Source: Fimbriosthenelais zetlandica (Eukaryota). From it: a DNA stretch of 64,000 nt. A program made the translations under genes and the position numbers. Positions 13,416-25,545 of this stretch are shown here, in pieces; positions within the stretch are counted from its first letter, which is position 1; every line of letters starts with the position of its first letter. The DNA lies in assembly GCA_977030845.1 (NCBI GenBank), contig OZ365116.1, forward strand, positions 19,840,001 through 19,904,000, read 5' to 3'. Under the pieces are notes generated by a model, which saw nothing but the letters and a program-made list of their open reading frames with translations, did no database searches and was not told the origin of the DNA.

Positions 13416-13533
13416 TGACGGCTTCGATGACCTCAGCCAGGATGACGCCATCACAGATATCCACCTGTAGATCTGTGATGACGCGTTTATTACGGGCCTT
13501 CTCCAGGTAGTGATTGGCCCAGTCCGTGTAAAT
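13416..13533 (-). CDS. NAV2: Neuron navigator coding exon 2 (118 nt), start of CH domain: IYTDWANHYLEKARNKRVITDLQVDICDGVILAEVIEAV
   Basis: Acceptor tttttgtttttcttttcag, donor TCA|GTAAGT, phase 0 to phase 1. Translation matches the NAV-family CH signature IYTDWANHYL...DLQ.D..DGV.LA..I. Missed by the ORF track, which called another frame. Confidence 0.97.
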
Positions 13534-16500
13534 CTGAAAAGAAAAACAAAAATGTATATATATATCAAATCATCCATGAATATTAATACAATGTAGAATG
13601 GACTCATGATCGATCGATGACGTTACAATAGAGAGATTGCCATGTCATATCTTTTGAAGTTTGTCGCCCTGATGAATTGGAATATCCTGAGCCAGGAGCG
13701 GAGATTGTGAAGTTATGGGTTCTGTTATTTAAAGCGCCTAGAGGGGACCATGTTAAGTTTCTTTTTGTCAGTAAGATGAAGAAAAAAGTCTGAGGGGATG
13801 AAGACAATATCCGGTCTCAAGTCTAGATGAATGCCCCGCCAGGGACCAGACCACCCTCCGTACATAAAGACAACCCCATACACCGCTCTATCCCCGCCCT
13901 CCGAGAGGAAATTGCTACCAGACAAAACTGCCACAAAAGACTGGAGAAAGAAGTGGATTTGAACTAACATCAATTAAAGGGGTGTCATGAGAAATAGACA
14001 ATTGAACAGGAATGATTGGTACCCAGGATTTAAAGCTGGGGTTGTATAATGGTCATGGCCGGGATACTTCTAGTTTTAGTATGTAATAGATATGTATATA
14101 ATACCTAATTGGTTGAATGTGCATTTGTATAGCAGTGGAAGAAGAAGCATATTAGAAGGTCACGAGTGTTTGGAGGATGAGAGGTTATTAGGGGTAATTC
14201 AATAGAGGCAATATAGCCGCAATATAAGGCATGCTGGTTTACTTGTGGAGGTACAGAGGGCGCCAGTGGGGTTAGGGCAAATGTCAAACCCTCCATCTTA
14301 ATCAGGTTAGATGGGGAAACCAGGCGTGGTCATGGCGCCACTCTCCCTCCTCCCCTCCTCCGCATATTCTACTGTAAGACAGCTATACCCAAACCTTCAC
14401 AAAGATGTGCAGCTTAATGCATCTTTTTTCCAATACAGAAGAATGGGTTTGTTCCTCCTAGCCTTTTGTCCACTAACGAATATTGTATCTATCTATAATG
14501 CCACGATTCCTTAATGGTATGGCATCCTTTCTTGTTTGTTTTGGTTTTGCAAACCAGAATACATGAGGAATATTTTTGAGGCAACAAAAATAACGCTGCT
14601 GTTTGGGACCACCATTTATTATAGGTGTCTGGTCGCAGCTGAGCTGCCTTCCCTTCTGTCTGAGCCTGAATAGACCCAGCGTTTTTCCATCTGCGTAAGT
14701 ACGTTTTATGAACCCCAAGGGATATATATGATGACCACATCTGGTAATAGTCAAACACTGAAGTCTATTACACATGTTATCTCGTTTTACAAGACATACA
14801 TTATGTGCTTATTATTGAGCAATGGTGTGGATATTTGGAACCTTAAATTGTGGACCATTTACCTATACTACTTACAGAAGCTCAATGCTGAATAGGTAGC
14901 CAAGTTTATAATGGACAAGTCATCAAAAGTAGTATAAAGGTCCCAGAAACTTTGCTAGGACTGGTCAACCATGTTTAGCCACATAAAAAGATACACATCC
15001 TCTGCAGTCCAACAAGCTCCAGCAATTGGAAAGTTGTTAATGATTCAGAGAAAGACCAGACGTGATGGAAAGCGATGACCAATATGATCCAGCGACCAGT
15101 CTAACTACCTCCCGCACCGATTTTATGACAGTCTGTTGTGAGATAAACTTGTCAGGGGAAGCAAAACAGCAGACCAGGTCTATAATGATCCAAGTTCTGG
15201 AGTTTGAGAATAAAGCGGAAAGCTATATCAGTTATCTCCATCCCCCTCTAAATGAAGGGCGAACCTTTCATTATGTTCGGGCCTTCATTTGTTGGGGATT
15301 TTCAGAACTATCCTCTGATGAAATCATCTCAGAAAATCTGTTGTGGGGAAGTCACTTAGAGCAAGTAAATTTATAAAGTTAAGTGGGGAAGCCCCAGATA
15401 ATCATTAAAATGTGTGTTGCTCTTGGTATGAATTCTCATCAAACTCAGATTAGTATGAATCAGCTCTGGCACTTCTACCAGCACTTATAACCCCCAAAAT
15501 ATTGTACTGGTAGTAATTTGAGTATTATTTTTTCGTAGCCTCTTCATATTTGTGACAGGGAGGATGGGCCGGCATTTATAAGTAAACCGTCATCTGTGTA
15601 ATCCTGGACGGGGCTCTATAGGGACCAGTGTTTCTCTTTGATCAGGAGCAGCTCGAGTGATCTGCTCATATCTACCCATGTGTTCTGCTCCCATTTAGAA
15701 GGTAAATACCCCGAGCTCCCCAGGCCTTCATCTGTCTCTATCCATCGGGTCTCTATTTAATTGTATCCCACATATAAAGGGTCGCAGTGGGCCGCCCGGC
15801 CAGACAGATGGACGCGCCATGTACACACTTTGGAATCGGCCATCCGAGAGTTGGTCCATATATGATGATAAACCCGGGTATGGTCACACTGTAAACCATG
15901 GCAACACGCTCCCTGTACTCCTACACTGGCCAACAATTTACTCCATATTTCTTCGTTTGAGTTTTCATAGTATGACAATTCAAAGAAAGTAAATTGAAGC
16001 CATATAGATAAAATAAACCACTATATGTATAGACTATATGACATGCATGCACATATCAATACTGTGCCTTGGATGCTAAATAAGGTCCTTATCAATCTGA
16101 TAACAATTTTTAAGTCAAGTCTAACCAATTTGAGGAGAGGGAAGGTGTGACCAAGTCGTTTAGCTCTGTCATTGACAATGGTTCCTTAGAGAGCCATTAG
16201 GTGTTGCTGTCAGTGGTCATGTGAGCGTCACATGAGCAATATTCACACTTGATTGGCTGGGGGTGCCTTATTAAGCATGTATGACACCCCGGTGAGTGGC
16301 AGTGGGGCATGTTCTGTCATCACTTCCTGGTATTAGGGTGGCTTACAGCTGGGTCACTATAGCATGCCTACACAACCCAACAACCCACATATATCCCTGT
16401 CCTTAGGTGACCACACAGGCTTCAACCAAGTACATTCTTCTGGGATATTCTAATTTCCCTTGAAGGTGACAGGTTTTGGGGAGGAACCAAGTACATTTTT

Positions 16501-18769
16501 TGTCCAAAAGATGTGACATATTTATCACATAGAAGCAGATGTTAAACCATGACAGCATTGTCTTTAAGCAGGGGTTTGCAAGCCTTGTTGGTTGTTGGTT
16601 TAGGGAGTGGGTTGTCCTCCCCAGGGACTCAAAAATATAGACATGTCCACAGGTACCTTCTCCATCGATGTCCCACAACAAGTTGAGCATTAAGTGATAA
16701 GCCCTAAGTTGAAGTTTGGCATTCCATCAATATGTCTAGGATTTATCGGCAATCAATTACAAGGCGCATTTTATAACTTAAGCCACTAAAAGATTGAGAA
16801 ATCCACCGTGTTCATTCGCGTGTGGCATGCCACCTTGGGCAATAATGCACGTTGCGAGCCATGGAAATAAAACCTAAAAATGGAATTTAAAGCTGCTGTA
16901 GCCTGAGTCTCCAATAATCTGTAGAATACTACATTCAGGGCTACATAGAAAATGTTATCATGGAAAAAGGAAGGATATTAGCCCCCTCTCCCCTTTCCCC
17001 CCGACCCCACACTGCATTCACTCATCTCATTATTTGCCTGTAGCATATGGTGCCAGTCCTCCATCATATAGCCTTACATGTGTTAGTCCCTTGTCATGTA
17101 CATGCTACATGTAAGTGATAGGTTCCATTGATCCTAATGTAAGATCAAACCATCTCACTAATAGACCTCAACTCACGGCTATGGCAGGGTCAGGGCGGGA
17201 GGATGAAGACGCCATGTCATGTATAGAAGACCTCACTAAGGTGCACTGGTACGTTAGTGAAATAATGTAGTCATCATATTCAAGCGGTCTCTACATGCGA
17301 AAGTTTCCATTTGAAGACTAATATATTCAGGGGCTAAGAAATGACCTCAGGTGTCTTGCCTGAACAGAATGAACATTATGGAAGAATAAGGTCGCCCCAA
17401 CCTTGGCACTTCACCCATAAATATGAAGGGAGAAGAGGGCCAATTTCTATAATAATTGTAATGCGAATATCGCATGATATAGGGTGGAAATGAAAGGAGT
17501 GAGGAGATTACAATTAATGATTGGGGAGGAGGGGTTGGTGGAGGGAGGGAGTGGTGGTGAATAGAGTGTGTATGGAGGAGGTAAGCTGGTATATATTGCT
17601 GGATCAGCACAGGGCCAGCATATCCCAACAAAGACAAGGCGTGTGTGGAATAGGTTCTCACCCATTGACCCATCTTCACACCCAGTAATAAACACGGAGA
17701 TCCGTGACGTGGAATACAAATAATAAATTAGGTGAAGATAAATCAGCTTATCTCAGTGCCAGAGGCTTGGCCTGTTGGGAGCAGCAATATACGGGCAGAT
17801 ATAGCTGGTTTCTGTATCAAAATATGATGAAATCAATCCTCTCCATACTGAAACCCACAGATGAAAGAACATTATTAAGGGCTTCTTTAATGCTCAAAAT
17901 AATGAAAAATAATTGTTCTGAGTTCATACGAGGAGCAGAATAACATAACTCTTGTACCATCTTCTTAATTATTAGGTCATGCCTTTGGAATTCAAAAGGC
18001 TTTCTGAAGAGGTTTTGTCAAAAGAAAACTTATTTTAAGATTGAATTTCTAAAGAAAACAGGCAAATGGAGAGACAAATGAACCTGTGTTTTGAGTGTTA
18101 AGTGCATGGGTTGTTTCGTTCACTGTGGACCCGAGCTTTTCCCTGTGGATTAATTGAATTAAGGACTTGGACATTGTTTCAAAAATGATTTAGAGCCCGA
18201 TCATTCACTGCCCATCTTTTTTCTGGGTTATTCCCAGGACTATTTTGACCTGCTTCTTCTGAAAAAATGCTTATTTAAAGCCTTGACTTATTGCTCTACC
18301 TCTTGTATCAATCTCTGAATGTAACAAATGACATGATGGAATTGAAGACTACAAGACAATGTAAAACAATGATATATCCCTTCCAGGCCACCTTCTACAA
18401 TGATGGATCCCCTTAATGACCTTGACCTACAACGCTAATAACCTTGACCTACATTCCTTCATCAACCAACATGGGTTCATTAGGCAAATAAATACCAGAA
18501 AATAAATAAGATCCTAACAGAAATTTAAAAAAACCCTAAGAGATTGTTTTCACTGTATTGTGAGCATAATTTCACAATATGGGATTTATATCTAGGCTCA
18601 AAGTCATTGTGATTTTGTAAATGATGAGCAAAGTTGGCCACAAAAGTACAATATTTTCACTAAGTTGAAAATAAGGATTATTTGAAAATACTTGTAGACC
18701 AAGGCACGGGGATGACTTGGACAACTCCAGCGTTAAAGGAGTAGGTAGGGGTTATATAAGGATGAGGGT

Positions 18770-18781
18770 GGGGGGGGGGGG
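18770..18781 (+). repeat. Poly-G run (12)
   Basis: Read directly. Confidence 0.85.
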
Positions 18782-19763
18782 TGTTTATAGCTTTATGGCC
18801 AGGCTGACATGTGTAAGTAGAGGTGTGAGTGAGGCGTGCATTATGAATGTGAAGCATGTACAGTAAGCATGTGATGGATGGCGGTATGCTGCCCCATTCA
18901 TTACAACCTCTGGTGTGATGGATCAGACAGGGAGGTGGACCCACGACCATGAAACAAGTGCCAGGAGATGGCACTTTTTGTTCTTATATCCACCTTTCCA
19001 CATTTTACTCTCACAGAATCATGAACATCTTGGCTTTTAAGACTAGCTGCGTAGAAACAAGCTGCACCGTCTAAGCATAGGAAAATGAAAGTGGATTTCC
19101 ATGCAGACAGGGAATTGCAATCAGACATCTTACATGACTTCACTCACTCAAAAAAAACATTTTCTCTTCGGTCCAGGACCGAGGATTTATTCCCTCATTC
19201 CATCGTGAAGACACGCAATGTAAAATGTGTCATGGCAATTGGCACATTCTTTTGGGTTGACCGATTCCAAATCTTTTTAACCTCAATCTTTTCAGAGTAG
19301 GGTTTCATTTTAATATTTCAATCCACCATGCAGCATCCTGAGCTTCACGTGTTTAAGCCATGGGGAGGACGTCATTAGAGATGTCTTCAATGCTTTTTGG
19401 TAGCAGAAATACAGATCGGTAAATTCGCTTACAAATAGCGCTAATGGTGGATTGTGCTTTTTGATCTGGGCAGAAATTGGTGGGTCAGACTAGAGGGCAA
19501 CAATGGTCTGGACCCGGAAGGTGGCTGGTCAGCCTACATCAAATATCCTGGCAGCCTTCAAAATGACGACTTGTGTGGAATGATTGTATTATTAGCTTGA
19601 CCCACACGGACCGGGACCTCTCTGACCTACACTGCTACCTACATATCCTGAGTTCTGACTTTGGTTCTCCAGGCCAGTCTCTGACAGAGCAGCTCTTTTT
19701 TCCAAATTGAAATCTCTGATTCGCTCTCTGATATGTCCTGCCTTCTTGACTTGTAGCAGGCCA

Positions 19764-19797
19764 GGCTATAGGAGGGGCTAGGAGAGGCTAGGAGAGG
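19764..19797 (+). repeat. 10-bp tandem repeat (ggctaggaga) x about 3
   Basis: ggctataggagg ggctaggaga ggctaggaga gg. Confidence 0.75.
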
Positions 19798-22496
19798 AGG
19801 GTTTCTACTTCTGATTAATCTCAGATCATCTTATCAGAGTCGACAATAAGGGAGCCTGAAGGGACGTATTGGATTCATCTAATACTCCAGAACACAGTAT
19901 GTTAGAGGCTATAGACGAGCGAGAGCAAGGCCTATTAGACTTGGAAATGTCGATAATCTAGATAGAGACACATATATAGAGGGAATCTGATAGTCATACC
20001 AACTATGCTATATGTGGCGTCTACATAGACTGATAAAAAGAAACCATATACAGAGACACATTTCCATATACTGCTAGGCTGGAGTCAAGGGAAGTAACCG
20101 AGATATGCAATATCGCCAAATACATACATACTGACTCAGAAATTGAAGTCAAACTTCAATAATGCTACCGTTTCTGGTATTTTGGATCATTTGTCACAAA
20201 CATTTGTATAAAAGAAGCCACAAATGGCCTCGGAATGTGTACCCAAAACCCAGAGAAACCTATTAGGAAGAGTTGAAGGTTAGCTTGTCCTTGCTGAGGA
20301 CCATGAGAGCTGTGACATATGACCTTCTCAATTACACGAGGGCTGGGTGAGGGAATACCTACTGATAATCTATTAGTCTGAAAGCGGGTCACTCCAGTCC
20401 CCAGGGCTTCAAATGGCCAACAACCCCGAAAACTGCTGTATTCAGAAATGCCTATCATTGCATTGGTGTTCTTATGCAGCCCCAATCTTCAGGATTCTCA
20501 TTCTTTAAATTGCCAATTGCTACACCCTTAAAGAATGCATTGGGGTATGTTGGATTGCATTGATATGTTTTCTAATGTAGAGAAGCTTATTGAGGATTGG
20601 TCTTATTGGTTTGGTATATTGGTGAAACCTTCCAAGTCAGACCTTGATGCTTGGCCATCCATCATGTAAGAATGCCCGCTGAGGGAGGACCAGTGGAGAT
20701 CAAGGATGACTTGATGAATTATAGAGATTATTACATGTGAAGGGTGTGTATACATGTAAGCTCCAAACGACAAAACATCCATCTACAAACCCATCATCAT
20801 CACATGACATAATGCCCATACATATCCATGTTATATGATTGTCATTCATGTTACTAAACTTTCCACGAAAATGGCTGCCATGTAGGTCACGGGGCATTGA
20901 TCTTGGAGAAGAGACGTGCAAAGAGCCACTATATGGCATGAGACACTGAATGTCATCAAACATACACATTATAGCCTCGAGCAAGAAGTTGACTTCTCCA
21001 CAGTAAGAGTCCCCTGGTAAGATAAGGAGTGATAAGGAAGCGTATACCTTGAGCCGGGCTTGATGAGCACATTAAGTAAGGTGTTGGGTATGGTGAGCAG
21101 TGACTGGGATCAATTTACATGGCGCCGTGCCCGAGGTTAATCACCCGACCCCCGAGTCGTGAAGACACTCAACTCATGCCCCATCACCTCCCAAAACTAC
21201 ACCCATAATAGACGGTGTTAAGTAATTAAAGGCAGGTTTAGGTCTAAGCTTCGGTTGATTTTCATTCATAATATTATAATATAAATATGTGGTATTCAGT
21301 CAAGATAGAGTTGCATCCAAAAGCTGGAACTACAATGCCAATTTGGGGATATGAAGTATAAAACTGGTGCCTATATTAGTAAGGGTAACCAAATTTCCAA
21401 TGAACCTTTTGTATGGTTTTGGAGAGCCAGGTTTAAGGTGAGAGCTGGCGCTCTATGCAGGCCACATAGCGGCTAGCATGACGAGTGGTGATCAGCAGGT
21501 GTGAGCTATATACAGCAGGGACTGACCACACACCCTGAAGGAAGGTGAGAGCCGCATCATCCCTACATACAGGTGGTGATGTGTACTACAAGTGGTCAGA
21601 CAAGAATTGTCACCAGAAATACTCCTCCCTCAAGTCAGTACTGGTGACTGTATGGAAGAGCCACAACTAACTGCATCACCCAAATGAGTATCTTAATATC
21701 AATCATATGATTGGGTGGAAAAGAGACCTGAGGATGATAATGTACATGAACTTTCCATGTGAGGAACACATGTCATGTTAGGGGACAAACGGCCTGGTCA
21801 GCCCCTCGTTTTAAGTACATGTGACAATTGCCCAGCAGTGGCGACCATATTTCATGCAGTGGGGCCCGGTTTAATGACAAGCCCAACCCTGAGGTCTTAT
21901 TACGATAGGATCAACAGGATTTATAGCAGCAGCCCTGGGCCCTCCTGCCCCGTCCATCAAGCCATTACTCAACATAAACTAATAACCAAGAGCTCAATAT
22001 TTAACGTGTGAACAAACTTAATCTGGTTATCCTGCTCCAAGGTTGAGCATGCCGCTAATTGGTAAGTGGCAGTGTGGATCCCAGGGTTGGCCTGCCATTC
22101 ACTTTCCCAATTTAGCACGAACCAAGGTTCATCCCCCACACAAATACCTTTTTTGCAAGAGAATTGGCCTTCAATCTCTCATGTTTCAAATGTTCACAAT
22201 GAATGGGGATAAGATGGCAATACAAAGATCATTTTAATCATATCGATATATAAAGCATATGGAACCAAAATATACATGTAACTGGAGGAAATATTGTGTT
22301 AGCAATGGGTAGTGAAGATGTTGAATGTGTTAAATGGGGCGGTGGTGTAAGTAGAGTAAAGCTGGCTCTATATGGAATGCTTATATCCGGACCTCTCCTC
22401 TCACTGCTATCTCCTACCATACAGTTACCATGGACCAATCACCATCTCAGCCCAGGATCATCTCCAGGCTCTCTCCATTGCGGCCTCCAGGCCTCC

Positions 22497-22513
22497 TGAC
22501 CTGCCACTGACCT
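22497..22513 (-). promoter_or_regulatory. DR5 nuclear-receptor element (RARE-like)
   Basis: TGACCTgccacTGACCT on + strand = AGGTCA-N5-AGGTCA on the minus strand. Confidence 0.4.
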
Positions 22514-25500
22514 CCTGGACATATAAGAGAAGGTGGAGGTCATGGGTTGGTCATCGTTTTGCTGGTAGGATACTGATAACCAGTAAGTACTGCCGGTATA
22601 GGGGGATCTGGGTTGGGATGAGGATGGGCGGATGATGGTCAACACAATATGTTTACCTCATGGGGGGCTGACCTGGGTTGGAACATAAAGAATATAAAGA
22701 AGACAATTAATTAAAAGAAGGGGTTCAGGAAAAGGGTTCCCAACCCAGATCCTTACAGAAAAGTATATGATCAAAGGACGTCCCTGGGTATAGAAGGATA
22801 TATATAAGGCATTCTACTGATATCCCCAAATTTTATTATCTGTGTCATGAACTGATCATAATTAATAGGGTATGATCTGGTAGAATGATGATGTTTTGTC
22901 AGTAAACACATGGTACCTATACCTGGGTTGGTCTATAGTATTTGTCAGTAGCATAAACTACAAGTGCACGGTGATAATGTAGCAGCGACATACATGTGCA
23001 CGATGCTGGTGATTCCCCTAAGGTGTCCTCCCCTGCCTCTCCATCATCTATCATTATATGATTCATTATAATATTAGCGGCCAACAGAGGCGCATGAAAA
23101 TTATATTTGCATATAGGATCCCCTGAGGCTATGTGTGAGTGTGTCACTCAATCTGTCACCAGCAAGATTTGCCCTGAAACTTGACTGAATCTTAAAGTTG
23201 TTCATAATGTGTGAGCTACAAATGCATCAGCCCACAAGAAGGCATAATGGACAGATATAATATTTGCAGATATATGAGACAAGAGACCCAAATATAAGAT
23301 TAGGTATACTGTATGTATGTATGAAATAAGGAGGGGGATTTCCCAACAGATTTTAGCCAGACCTAGTGCAAGGTTCGGGTTTCTGGGGGAATCAATGGTG
23401 TGTTGGGAATGATAGGAGTCTCTCTTGTCATACTCTGGACCCAGATTGGTTGGGAACAAAAGCAGGCATCTCTCTAAGCACACTCTCTCACTGAATACAT
23501 ATACCTCATCACAAGGCCAATCATTGGATAACGATTTTTGCCAGAGCCTCTCAGTGCTTTCTGCTTTTGGATCCTTTCATGTTATTGGCATGTGATGTTT
23601 CTTAAGAAAAAATCGAAACAAAATCATTTTGGTGAATTCTGACAAAGCAGGTGGAAGTGACAATAAATTTATTGTCTTCCCCAATTATATTTTGATCGAT
23701 GGTGGCAGAAGATTTGAAGCATCTTATAGCAAGTATACAGTCCTTGAGTAAGATGATTCACCCTACAGGTGAAAATGGCCAATGTATGTATTTATCATTG
23801 GCCTATGTTTGCTTGTGAATGTCATCTCTGAACAGTGGACATGCCCGAGTATGGACTATAGTGTTATACAGGGGAGGTATAGAGGAAAGCCTCACACAAT
23901 GGAGACTCAAAATTTCTTACAAAAGAATTCCCTCAGATGAAAGAATCCAAAAGGTGATTCCAGGGGAGATCCCTTCACCATTAATGACCTTGACCTCCAA
24001 CACCGGAATCCCCTCATCTATTACACACATAAATCTGAAAGGGGCGAATCATGCTCGACAATTATGTGTGCTCGTCTCACCCCCTGACCACTCCCCCTCC
24101 TCAGCCGGCTATCATATCTCAAAGCAATCAGCCTACAGGAAGTCCCTGACAGAATGCACTTCCGGCCATTTCTGGGCATGCTCCCCGCGTGGGGATGAAT
24201 GGGCCAGGCTGGGATCCCGCGATCCGATGGTATTGTAAAGCACAAGTATTATAGGTGGGGGTAATTGTGTCGTCTCAGCGGGGACGATGGTGTAATAAAA
24301 CATCTCCTCAGATTCTACTGAAAAACATGTGATTTTATGCAGAATACATGGGAATATTACTCGCTGATTACTCCCCTCAAACACCTGCATGGACATCATT
24401 CATATCACACAATTACGGCACGGTGCGAAACAGATGAAGCTGTCAAGAAATGAAATCACAGAGGAAGAAATAATATAAGAGAGGCTGTCTTGTATTGCCC
24501 AAGGCTTCAACTAAGGCAGTATGGATGTTCCTCTGCTCACTATGTCCATTCTCCGTCCATATTCCCCTCGTCAGCACATGCATGTCCGTACAAGGTATGA
24601 CCTGCTCCCTGCAGAAAGCCATGTCTCCACAATAATGTGACATGCGTCCATGGCAGGGTCAAGATAATGTTTAACATGAAAGGGTCAGCCGGGTCAATCT
24701 TGTCGAATCCTCATGGTAGTAAACCATAAAACCCTAAGGCAAGGTGGTCAATTTACCCACGACTCGGCTTCAAAGGAGCCTTTTATCCACTCCAAGGCCC
24801 AAAATGGACGCCATGTTGTGGTATGTCATGCAAATCTAGACATAGTGGCCTCGTCAGTCAGGGGACCTAGCCATGCACATCCATTCCAACTCTACTATCA
24901 TTTGTCTAAAGCCCTTTGTCCTGATAATGCCATTTCCTTAGGCTTTAAGGGAATAATTCTTTTGAAGCAGAAGCCGTGTTAATAATAGATCGATTCCTCA
25001 TTCAATCAAAATGAAGCGGATGTAATATATTGTAATCGATCCATCACCGCATTATATGCCACTCTCCTTATCATAATATATTGATAGCGATCCATCATGT
25101 TGATAAAGCACTGATCTTATATAATGCCACCCACATCCCCAATCACGGCCACTCATAATGATTTCATTAATATATGAACACTTGTCGGAATAGGGTGTCA
25201 GTAGAACCCAGGCTGTATGGACAACTGGCTGTGATAGCCACCTCCGGCTAACCCATCATGTACACTGTAAGCTTCAATGATGTACAAATGACAGCCAATA
25301 CCCACCTTGACAGGCCAGATTTGGCAACCTTTGGAAAATATTTTAGACCAATCGGATACTGCTACAAATTGTACGTTCCTTTATCTGGATGTTTCCTTTA
25401 CAAGTGACCTCAGGAATACAAGGAAAATGTCTCATTAGAGTGTGATGAGAAAATGATGAATTATGATGAATGAAATTGATGTTGCAAAAAATAAAGTTTA

Positions 25501-25519
25501 ATCCTCGAGAATAGAACAT

Positions 25520-25545
25520 GGGGTGGGGTGGGTCGGGGGAGGGGG
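25520..25545 (+). other. Potential G-quadruplex
   Basis: GGGGTGGGGTGGGTCGGGGGAGGGGG. Confidence 0.55.

Noticed and set aside
13386-13607. 73-aa minus-strand ORF over exon 2
   Set aside because: Wrong frame. The real exon reads IYTDWANHYL between splice sites.
14311-14940. Long semi-open plus-strand frame (few stops in about 200 codons), possible pseudogene
   Set aside because: No recognisable homology, and within chance given six frames over 64 kb.
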